Of a stretch of DNA of 51,209 nucleotides, positions 23,469-33,855 are shown in pieces. The translations under genes and the position numbers were made by a program. The notes under the pieces are model-generated. The model did no database searches. It saw only the letters and a list, made by a program, of their open reading frames with translations, and was not told the origin of the DNA. How positions within the stretch are numbered: the first letter of the stretch is position 1; the number at the start of each line of letters is the position of its first letter. This DNA comes from Klebsormidium nitens (Eukaryota; Plantae; Klebsormidiophyceae): NCBI GenBank assembly GCA_000708835.1, contig DF237564.1:1-51209 (forward strand), written 5' to 3'.

Positions 23469-23761
23469 GTCATCCTGCGCTTGGTCTAGCGGCTAAGGCG
23501 TAGGGATTTCCCCTTCACTGGGTGATGAAATGATGAAGTCAATGCCTGCGAGGGACCTGGGTTCGATCCCTCGCAAACGCACTACGGGTCATGCCGCGTG
23601 CGGGGTAAAAAGGGAGTATAATTCCTCGTAAGTCGAGGTCGTCGCCGCCTCCCAGGGGCCGCCGTGCGGTTTGGCACCCGCGCTCCGGCGACCATCGCCA
23701 GGTATAGGAGTCCCACGTCTCCAGCTGATGAGCGTGGTGTCCTCAGATTGTTCATCCTTTT
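23469..23761 (+). mobile_element. tRNA-derived SINE-like retroposon (293 bp, T-tailed) with 18-bp target-site duplication
   Basis: Flanked by a perfect direct repeat TTAGTATTAAACAGGCAC (23451-23468 and 23762-23779). Pol III A box TGGTCTAGCGG (23482-23492) and B box GGTTCGATCCC (23559-23569). Acceptor-like strands GCGCTTG/CAAACGC-A and D-stem GTCT/AGGC. The first run of 4 or more T is at the 3' end (23758-23763). Confidence 0.8.
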
Positions 23762-24203
23762 TTAGTATTAAACAGGCACAAAAAGAAACTTGGTGGCAGG
23801 AAAACTTCGAAAAGCAGTGCCCACAGCAGGAACAAAGTCTGAGCAGGAGCGCAGCAAGTTGGTCTTCTGGAGGTCCCACAGTGAAAGGAATTGTGCGACC
23901 CTCTTCAGATTCTTGCTCTGTTTAGAAGCCTTGCAAAGTTGTATATTCAAGGGCGGAAGGTGTGGAGGGCGGCACATCAGTTGCCGATGCATTCTTGACA
24001 AGACAGCGCAGTGTCAATGAAGCTGGGGCTAGAAGATTTGTTTACGCAAGTGGCGCTACCTGCTATTGCTGATTTCAGGTCTCATTAAAGATAATGCAAT
24101 CCAAAGTCTATTATGTATTCTGAGCAACTTGTCGTCCTTCCATGGTAGAAGCCCTCACTTGATTGGTTCTTGGATTAAACTATACAAATTTGGGCTCAAT
24201 CCA

Positions 24204-27200
24204 ATGGGAGCTCCTAAGCAGAAATGGACAGAGGAAGAGGAGGTCGCGCTCCGAAAGGGTGTGGAGAGGTATGGGCCTGGCAAGTGGAGGGCGATCCAGA
24301 AAGACCCCAAGTATGGGCCATTTCTGACGCAGCGCTCCAATGTGGACTTGAAGGTGAGAATTCAAATAGTACTGCATGCCAACCTCACAGTCTGCGAGGA
24401 TGTTCATCTCTCGCCCTTGTTAGGGTTAGGTTTTCCAAGGGCAATGTCTAGGGTTACAAGCTAGCCCAGCTTTTTCGTGCTCTCAGCTCTTGGGAGGTGC
24501 TGCAGAACTGTTTGGTCCGAAGGTGTTCCAATCACTGAAGATTCTTTTATCCAAATTTCCTATGTGAGCTTGGTCTCATTTACCACCTAGAGAACAGGAT
24601 GTCATAGCGTCTGTACCAACCCCTTTGCATGGCGTCGGGCCAATCTCTGCAAGAATGCTGTTTCCAAAGGCAGTTTCATGAAAAATGCGGCACATCCTGG
24701 GTTCCAACTGTGATTCGCTTGCTCTGAGATGAAGTAGAATGAATTTGACAATCATAGAGATTGGGCTTCAGCAGTGTTTGCTGGATGTGCTTTCAGGGAC
24801 TGCTAGATGTGGTGTTGGATGTGAAATTAGGGTTTGTTTGCAGTGGCTTCTATCCTTGCTGTTGGCTAATAAACCATGCATGGTCCTTTCAGTGTGGACT
24901 TAACCAAGAAGTAGGTATTCTTATTAAGTGTCTGAACGTCTTTGTAAGAATCTGTTCATTTACGATGCAAATTCTGGTCAATGCCACGTTTGCAGCTAAC
25001 GACCGTTTAGCCACAGGTATGCTTCTGTTCATAGATGTCTGGCAAGAGTGCAAGCACTCGCAGTTTGTCTGGCTTGAAAGAAGAGTCACAATAGCATCTG
25101 TATAGGCATGTTCATTCAACAACCAACTCTGGGCCAATTCCTGCAGGACAAGTGGCGCATCATGAGTCGGGCAGAAGGAGAGCCCCCTCGGTCTCGGAAG
25201 ATGAATCAGGGGACAAGCTCACGCCCGGCCAAGCGTGCCGCCAGCACAGGCAGCGAGGATGATGAGGAGGCGGCAAGGAAGAAAAAGCGGAGGGATATCT
25301 TCCTCAAGTATGCACTCGTTTCCTTTCTGCTACTTCTACGCTTTGTGCTGTGCCAACTGGCTGCTCAGTTGCCCCACTTGTTCAGAGTGTATGCCGTGGA
25401 AAATATAGTTTATGGACGTTTGTGTATACAAGCATCAACAGACGGGAAGAATCAACATATGTTTTCCCAAGCTGACATAATGCATGTTTGTAGAGGACCA
25501 GACGCAAGGGCACTGGAGCAAGGGAAGCTTGGCAAGCACTGCGGAGTGCTCACATGCTGTTTTCGCTTTCCCATCGGCACCTCAATTGTTGCAGTGACGT
25601 CAAGAGATTTGTGGTCAAATAGGATTTTGGTTGGTAGAGCGATGCCTTCAAGTTCAGCGAAGCAAGCTCTTCCGTCCAAGGAGCGCCGTGTTTCCTCCCA
25701 AGGAGTGACACCTTTCGGTTCTAATTTACGTGCCCCGTTGATGCAGGTATGGTGAGATGATCACAGAAGCTGTGGCTGCGCTGAAGGAGAAGAGCGGCTC
25801 CTCATTGACGAGCATAGCAAAGTACATCGAGGTGAGACAAGCAGCAAGGAAATCAAGTAATTGGCACTTGTAACCAGTGCAAAGTGCAGACTTCTTGATC
25901 GAGAGAAATCTGGCCTTGTGGGTGCTGTCAGAATTCTCATTCATTTTTGCCTTTTCTCAAAGGTTTCGTTCTGTGATTCTTTCCAAAGCTTGGCCCCGGT
26001 GGTTGTTGACATCGAGCATGCTACAACATTGCGTTACTCTGTCTCATGCTGACTTGCTTTTGCAGGACAATCATGCTGTGCCGTTCAACTTCCGGCGACT
26101 CATTGGGGGGAGGCTGAAGACGATGGTGGAGGAAGGGATGCTTATTAAGGTGAAGAGACAGTTTCAAGTTTACACTTCTTGCAACTTCGACTTGCCTTGT
26201 ATACCCGTCTCTCTTATTGACAGCTTGCCGTCTGCATAGCTAGGTTGTAAAGAGAGTCTGGAGGTACTTTCACGAACTGAAAGTATCCTGTATGGCTTGT
26301 AATTAAGACAACCGCATACAGAGCATGTGAGTAGAGGATGTTGAAGAGAAAATTTGAGAAAAGCAACGACCAAACCGTGGCGATAATACCGTTTCTTTTC
26401 GGTCCAAGAGAAGTCAGACACGCTTTGGAGATTCAAGCAGGATTAGCTGCATCAATGCAATCTGTGCTGACCCTCAAGCGGTCAGGCTGCATAAAACAAG
26501 GTCATCCTTAACCCCAATGGTTCGCTGGCTCCCAGGGTCGGGGCCAGGCGTACCGCCTGAACGACGGGACCGCGACCGAGAGCTTCGAGAAGCCGGTCAA
26601 GGCGAAGACGCCCCGGACGAAAACGGACAGCGAACGGAGCCGCAGCAAGCTAGAGTTAGGGCCGGACGGGAACCGCCGCCAGAAGACGGCAGAAGAAGCG
26701 GCCAAGGCGGCGGCGCTCGCCATAGCCGAGGCGGAAGCAGCAGCAGAGGCGGCAGAGCAGGTGGGGAATGTTGGGCTGGGTATCGCTAATTGTCCCGAAA
26801 ATGACGTGTTGGTGGCTGTTTATCGTGTGCAGCACTGCGAATTTTGGTTCTGGTGGTTAAAATCCTTTTGCTGGCCTTCGGCCTTGAGTTCGTTGTATGC
26901 TTACGGTGTGGCCACTCGACGGTAGTAAGCTTGCAGAAGGTTGTTCCTAGAAGGACCTTTCACAAGATCGGGGTTGCCGAAGGTGTCAGGATGTCGTGAG
27001 GTGTTCATTGTCGGTCTTTTCGACTCAAGCATATAGAGGGTGTTAGATAGTTACTGCTTGACAGAGAGTGCGCCTTTGATACGGCGGAACCATGACATTT
27101 GCACATGTAAAATCCTCCAACTTCGGGAGTCGTTAACACGAATTCAGTTGACCGACTCCTGGCGGTCAATCGAAGAGAAGAACAAGGTTCGAATAACAAG

Positions 27201-28733
27201 GAGACTCTCTCATCCTGTTGCAAAGTCGGCGCTTCCGGCTGCATCCTCATTTTCTGCCTTTCTTGCTGTCCGCTAGTCATGTTGTAAAATTGTTTCCCGC
27301 ATTTCCAGAGTCCCTTGTCCACGTTGTACGTTCTACCCATGCAGGCAATGCGTGAGGCGGAGCTAGCGGAGCAAGAGGCCGCCGAGGCGGAGGCCGCCGC
27401 CGAAGCCGCCGCCGCCGCCGTGCGCCCCCCCAAGAAGCGGAGCCAAAAGGGTGTCGCGGCTTTGCAAGAAGCCGCAGAAGCCGAGGGCGAGCACGGGGGG
27501 ATCCCCGAGGGCTTGACGGCGCAGCTGTTAGGGGTGGACGCCGGTCCCCCTGGTGGTCTGAGGCCAACCGAGCAGCCGGCCGTGCATGCCGGAGGCTTTG
27601 ACGGGGGATGGGGCGCTGCTTTCTTAGCAGGGGATCCGGAGAGGGGGGTTCAGCAGGGGGAGGGGGTACCGCTGCCGGAGGGTCTGCCGCGGCCGGAGGG
27701 TTTGGTGCGGCAAGAAGGTCTAGCGGGACCGGAGGGATTGGCACGGCCTGAGGGCTTTGTGCGGCCAGAAGGGTTAACGCGGCCCGAGGGTTTGTCGCAT
27801 CCGGAAGGTTTGGTTCGACCGGAGGGTTTGGTTCGACCGGAGGGTTTAGTTGCGCAGGGAGACAGCTTTGGGGCCTTGATGGGACTGTCTTCGGGCCAAG
27901 CGCTTGAGCTACCGAGAGATTTGCGGGAGCCGGAAGGGGCGGGGTTGTTGCCACTACAAAGACCAGAGGGTCATCCTGAGGGTTTGACCAACCAGAGGAC
28001 AGGATCAGGGAGCGTGGGGCAGCAAAGAGTGATGCCACCTCCTATATCACGGGGTTCGGAGCCTGCGGAAAGTGTGGCGGAGTTTGGACGTCCGAATGGA
28101 GCTGGGCAGTCCCAGGGGCTGATGGGGTTGCTCCAGGATCCAAGTCCGTCACGAGATCCAGGGGTCTCTCAGGGTTTTGCAATTTCGCACGATTTGCAGC
28201 CCGCTGAGGGTCTCATGCCGCCCCAAGTTTGTGAACCGCCCCCGCCCCAAGGCTTGCAGAATCCACAGGGTTTGAGTGTTCCCCAGGGGCTGCAGCGGCC
28301 AGAAGGGCTAGTACGGCCTGAGCCGCTTCCAACTTTGGACCGGCCTCAGGGCGGGCATGCGCCACAAGCGGGCGTTTCGCAAGGGGTGGAGCAAGTACCG
28401 GGCATAAAAATGCAACAAGGGAGCGCGCCACCGACGGGGCCGGATCCGGCTGCGAGCGCGCCAAGAGCGAGGGATCTGGCGGCGCCACTGGCAACCGGGA
28501 CGCAGAATCCGGACGGCCTCCCGGAACCAAACATGCGGGTACAGGTGGGGGTGCCGAGTGAGCTCCCTCCAGCAACCAATGGTCCAAGCGACGTCGTGGA
28601 AAAGCGTTCGGGTCCTGCTGTAGATGGGGTTCCCGTACCAACAGAAGCCATTGACCCAGTGGTGCCTATGGAGGTTGATGTTCCCGCAGACGCTGAAGAG
28701 GTGAGCGGGGAGACAGGTCTTGCAAAGAGTTGA
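24204..28733 (+). CDS. TRB: Telomere repeat-binding factor (TRB/SMH: telobox Myb - GH1 linker-histone domain - coiled coil) with long C-terminal extension, about 697 aa, 6 exons
   Basis: Exons 24204-24353, 25147-25307, 25747-25831, 26066-26149, 26536-26760, 27345-28733; phases consistent (2094 nt). [28 protein letters not shown]...RSNVDLK|DKWR; GH1 [28 protein letters not shown]...[13 protein letters not shown]; coiled coil [42 protein letters not shown]. Confidence 0.93.
24420..24835. promoter_or_regulatory. Telo-box-like motifs in TRB intron 1
   Basis: TTAGGGTTAGG (from 24420), TAGGGTTA (24449-24456), TAGGGTTT (24828-24835; reverse complement of telo-box AAACCCTA). Confidence 0.3.
27675..27854 (+). 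repeat. Coding 18-bp tandem repeat, 10 copies of hexapeptide (P/Q)EG(L/F)xx in the TRB C-terminal extension
   Basis: [61 protein letters not shown] second cluster ([24 protein letters not shown]) lies at about 28245-28316. Confidence 0.9.
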
Positions 28734-29722
28734 CATGGCGCTGGAGATTAGGTGGACCTGTAGACTGGAAGAGTGACCCAGTGACCATTTATGCAACGAG
28801 CAAACCACTTCCTTTGTTCAAAAACAAGTTACGCTTTTGCCTGAAAGCTGGTCGATCAAACGCGTCCTATAAAGGAATTGTTCTGGTGGTCGGATCCTCA
28901 CATATGCATGACCATCCACCGAAACTTTCGGTCACATTCTGTCGCTCGAGTATATAGGGGAGTTCCCATTGAAATGAAACATCAATTCGCTCAGGGTGGC
29001 GGCAGAGTACAATTAGTTATCGGCAGCACGCAATCATGCAAGACATTGAATGAATGATGTTTACACATGTAAAGTGACAGCCGGGTATCATATCAGATCC
29101 TGCATGTCTGGCCGCGCGCACGAACAGATGGATTGCACTGTCATTGTCTTGAAAGGGGGCCGGATGCACTGTCATGTTATCCGCCAGCGCATAATAATAG
29201 TTGCTAGCGGATGCCAGGATCCCAAACCGAGGGCAATGATGAAGTATTCAATTTCAGCGAACTGTGCGGTTACGAGGTGGCAGCTTGCACAGCTTCCTTC
29301 AGAACATCCCGCTGAAACATTGTCCGGTCATTTGCAAAAACCAAGCGGACAAGTGAGAACCAGTTGAATGGACATTGGCCAGGGAGACCTCGGTGACTCA
29401 ATTCACTATGCACTTGAACGCCTAGCCCGAGCTAGTTTACGATCATTTCCAACGAGAATCTCCCATATCGGCCGAGGCAACTCTTCGACTGCTCGAGTCC
29501 GAATTGCAACTCTTCAGCAGGTATATCCTTCCACGCCTCATAAGGGCGGCCGCAGACAATATCGAACGCACCCGCTGTTTCTAGCCCGTGTTAAGGACAA
29601 GATTTCCCCTATCGTGAAGCACCGTAACTCCGTAGGGCTTCAAGGTGCCGGCCAAACATTTACACACACCGGCGACGGCAGCGTCGCTGTCTTTTTGCGA
29701 AGGTCCATTTCCAGCGAGCTGA

Positions 29723-32700
29723 TCACCTCAAAGCCTGTACAATCTTCTTCCTAGGGCCCTGCAGATCAAGGTTAAAAGCCAGAATCAAAACCCTGCCTCA
29801 ACTCAGCAAGCCAAGGCAATTAGCAGCCCCCTTTGAAATCGCTGAAAAAAGATTCAGCGGGGCCCCGTGAAATCTCAAAGAAAGAGGCTTTTTCCGGACG
29901 GGTTTTGAGCAAAGGGACTGCTAATCAAGGGGCTGCTAATTAGCCCCTAATTAGCCCCTGTTCTTCTTTAGTACTCTAAAAAGGAACGGTGAAAATTTCA
30001 CGTGTCGTATAATCATCCCAACGTTCTCGGAATCCGAAGCAAGCAGCCGGGTCAAAAGTTCAAAAAGCAACACAAGACAAAGTATGATCGAGAATCTGCA
30101 AGGCATCGACTCTCCACTTCGTACATTTCGAGGCACAGCGCCGAACACTTTGAGGTGCGTTCCCAGACACGACCGAATCAAGTCATCGCGAGCAAAATTC
30201 CCAACCGCGCAAGCAGTATATAGGAGCGAACGAAATGGCGACAGAGAAATATGGCCTATCATCTTGAACGCTCACCATGGGGATCCCCAGCTCCTTCAGG
30301 TCACTCTCCTCCATGTGCTTGAGCGCTGTCATATCGACCTACGAACAGAAGAAATCACCCCGTCAAGGAAGGCGATGGCTGGACCCGTTGATGAGAGTCT
30401 GCGTCGGGCGAAAGCATTTGATGAATAAACTCCGACATGCTGACGTAGTGCTTGCCGTTAATGGATTTGAAAGAGAGAATAAACGGGTAGTCTCTTTCCA
30501 GCAGGCGTCATCGACTGCCAGGCCTTTTCGGTCTACTCGGACCCTTAAGAAACCAGAGTCGTCATTCCAAATGCCAACTGACAGTCACCTCCTCTGACAC
30601 GGCAAGACGCCCCCGAAAACAATCTGGCTCCAAACAGATGGGGCTGGGGGGAGCAGCAAGACTCACAAACGATGCCTTGAAAACAAACTATTTTCATCAA
30701 GAGACGCTTCTATCAGACGAAGTTATATTCGTCCGGCTCATTTCAAACATCGGATCCGATGCGAGCTCCTCTGTGTGCTCCGTCACCCTGACCTGCTCGT
30801 GCTTTGTTGACGACCAGACTGATATGTGATCGACATTCAGCTGCCACAAGGAGTCAGACAACCGACTCTGAGAGTCTTCAAATAAAACTCGAGTGCAAGG
30901 AAGGTGTGAGCGCCCATACAAACAAGCACATAGGATAAGGGTATCGTTCTCACCTCTTCTCGTACAAAGATATCCATGTACTTCTCTAAGCCAAGGGAAA
31001 TCAGGAGGCCCCTCACGGTCTTCGGAGCCTGGACCAGCAGAGTTCGATGTGAGATGCTTGAAGACACCAAGAAACATCAACAAGTAACCTGGATAGGGCA
31101 TCCAGGGAGACCATTATGAAGGACCCGAAATGCTCATGCCGGTATTATGCAACACTGAGCGCGTCGAGGCAGACTGATCTGCGCTCTCCCAGGAAGAGCC
31201 CTCCTTTGTGAAAAACAAAGCAAAACAAGCTCATGACGGATGCGTCAGGTTGTAAAGGTCCTCAGTCCACAACCTTCAATGTTCAATGAACCATTTCAAT
31301 TAACCATTTCAATTGTGCTAGGACTGGCCTCCAGCAAATTTGAGAAGGATCTAAGACACGCACGTCTTCCGCACCCTCATATGTGTCAAGAAGGAGGAAG
31401 TTTCTCAGGACAGAACATGGCGTCAAAACTCTTGTGCCAATCAGAGACTTCAAGCTCCTGAGGGCAGTCCTCGAGAACCAGGAGAAAAGGGAAACCACGC
31501 ACTCCTGCCGGTCCGGCGGCTTGCGCAACCGGCGCCACCGCCATCGGGGCCGGCTCCGGGTTCGTCTTCTTGACGACCGATGCAAGCCTCCGCACGCCCC
31601 CCGGCGCGGGCGCTTGGCTCACAGCCCCGCTCGGCAGAACGACTTCCGACCGCAGCTTTCCCTGTGCCTGGGGCGCAGCTACCGGGCGCATTTGGCTCTG
31701 CGCTGGAGCCGCGGGCTGCGCCCGGGGGACGGTCACCGGGCGGGTGGCTGGCGCCGCAACCGGCTTGCTGCGCACGTCCGTTACGGTGGACTGGGCGGCA
31801 GGGGCAGCGGCGCGGCGGGGGGCGAAGGAAGGGACGGAAGACGCAATTGCTGTCGGTAAGGGAGTTACTGAGTTCAGCCGGTTGCGCAGATCTGGCCCGC
31901 CGGCTTTGCTAGTTGCGACCCTGCTTTGTGGGGCGGTGTAGAGGGCACTTCTAACGGGCGCGTCTGAGGTAGTTCTAACCTGGCGTGAACCTGAGGAGGG
32001 CCGAACGACCGTTTTCGCGGGCCTGAGAAAAGTGCCCGAGTCTTGGTTTGAGAGGCGTTGACGAAGGTCGGAGGTTTCGGTGGGCATGGAGGGGGGCCCG
32101 GACAGGCGGTGGCGCAAGTCCCCGCCATCGAGGCGCGCCCGCTTCCGCACAACAGAGCTCGTGCTGCGCCGCCGGTCGTCGATGCTGATGTCCGCTTCAT
32201 CCTGACGGGCCCTGAAGAAGGAAAAGAAGGAAGGTTAACTTGCGTTCTTCCCGAAAATGCGTGCCTGCTCATTACTGATGGGACCGGTGTCAGGGATGGA
32301 GGTTCATTCAAATCTTGCAAACCTGCAGTACTATGGGCCTATACGAGCCTTTTGCGTGGATCAAAAATAGGGTACATAACTGACTCATGAAGCCGCACCC
32401 AGCAGTTGGCCTCACAAGCTGACTAAACAGACAGAAGGAGCTGAAATCCGAAGGAAATATACCCTGAAGTTATCAGCAACGACTTCTGAAAGCAGCTGCA
32501 AGTGTGCAAAGAACTTCCGTGGCTTTGCAAAACAATAGATTGGTTCGAGAGGAGCGGTCGATGAATGATGCTTCACTGCCATCAGTATGCTCCACAGAAT
32601 GTCCTCACTTCTGCAGGCAAGCTGATACGCGCATCAAAGAGGTGGACAACGTTCCGAATGAGCTCAACTGTTAAGCCAAGGCTAAATTGTAAATAGCTTG

Positions 32701-33123
32701 ATATGCAGGCAAATCGAACACGTAGTATGTTGTATGTGGGCAAGTATCTCCAGCAGCACCAGTAAAAGAATGCAACCCACCTTTTCACTCTCGCACCGTT
32801 CTTTGACCCCAGCCTGTCCTGGATACTCGATGCTTGCCGTGGTCCATCTGCGACCATCCTTGGAAAGATGTCCTTAGGAACCTGCAGGAACACAGCGCTA
32901 AGAATATCACTCCACTAAAACAAGTTGCTGGACATCCAAAACTAAAACAACAACTCCGTGTCACCGTGTAGGAAAAGCATGCTCATTTTAACCACTATTG
33001 ATAAACCACTTCTCACAAGTTTTTCGTGCTTCTTGAGGAAATACAAGAGGAATGCGTGAATAGCGTGCTAGATACCTTCCCAGACCCGTCAAGAGTGACG
33101 GTGAACTGCGGACCCGACGACAT
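29723..33123 (-). CDS. Plant-type sterile alpha motif (SAM) domain protein with disordered N-terminal region, about 343 aa, 6 exons
   Basis: Exons (minus) 33123-33076, 32881-32781, 32211-31503, 31028-30954, 30338-30276, 29758-29723; phases consistent (1032 nt). C-terminal SAM TVRGLLISLGLEKYMDIFVREEVDMTALKHMEESDLKELGIPMGPRKKIVQAL. N-terminal QFTVTLDGSGKV resembles the VTITLGRSGQV start of land-plant SAM proteins. Confidence 0.88.
29818..29958. repeat. Short inverted-repeat (MITE-like) structure in the last intron of the SAM gene
   Basis: Perfect 13-bp inverted repeat AATTAGCAGCCCC (29818-29830) / GGGGCTGCTAATT (29929-29941). Internal hairpin CGCTGAA/TTCAGCG and repeated TAATTAGCCCC. Confidence 0.45.
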
Positions 33124-33855
33124 GGCTGTGATTTCACCTAGCGGTCCAGGCGCAAACCACCCTGCACAATTGCCGCACCTCGAGCTGTGTTTGGGCAGGC
33201 TTCTCACTTCTGGAGCTCCTAACAACCCTGAGACTTTCTGCTGTCGAAGTAGACTCGAATTGGCCAACTTTTGACAACGAAAGGCGCTCCACTTTCGCGC
33301 CAAGCTCTTCCTGTGTACAGATGATGTTGAATGTTCATGCGAGTTCTACAACGTACAGCTCGGTATGGTCTGAGTACCTGCTGTAGCAGTTAGAACCCTA
33401 ACTGTTTTGCTGCCCGGGACTTCTTCCCGGGTAGGCCAGGTGGATGTAGGACGGAACGTACTGGAATGGCGCAAGCATTCGTGACCGGTTCATCAGCCCC
33501 CGGGCCCCGGAGAAAAGAATGCAACCATGAAACTAGAGCGAGTGGTGGTCATTTTGGTGGAGAAGATGCCTGGTGCTTGCATGCCAGGGCGCTCTCCTCG
33601 TGCTCACTCAGCCTACTGATACAACCGTAACAAGGTACTTTATGTAAGGTAGTGAGATTCTCAGATACGGAAACCAGGTTAGAAACCTTTCAGGTGCAGG
33701 GTCTGGGGTCCAAGCCTGGTTTTAATTTGCCCTTCAGTTGGTCATTTGCGTCGCTCGAGAGGGCCCCGTTCAATTTCAGACGTCATTCAGTGGAGCTCCT
33801 CTCCATCTGGGAGGGTTTTCCTGAAATATTTGCGGTGGCGTAGTGCGGAGGAGCC

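Noticed and set aside
23477-23580. Functional tRNA-Gly(TCC) gene, possibly with an intron
   Set aside because: Positions 8-9 are missing, the acceptor and T stems are mismatched and no proper anticodon loop forms. It sits inside a TSD-flanked unit, so a SINE head fits better.
23469-23761. Telomerase RNA, dicistronic tRNA-snoRNA or ribozyme
   Set aside because: There is no CCCTAAA-type template. The C-like boxes and CTGA are about 200 nt apart with no terminal stem. Hammerhead (CUGAUGA...GAAA) and HDV folds could not be completed.
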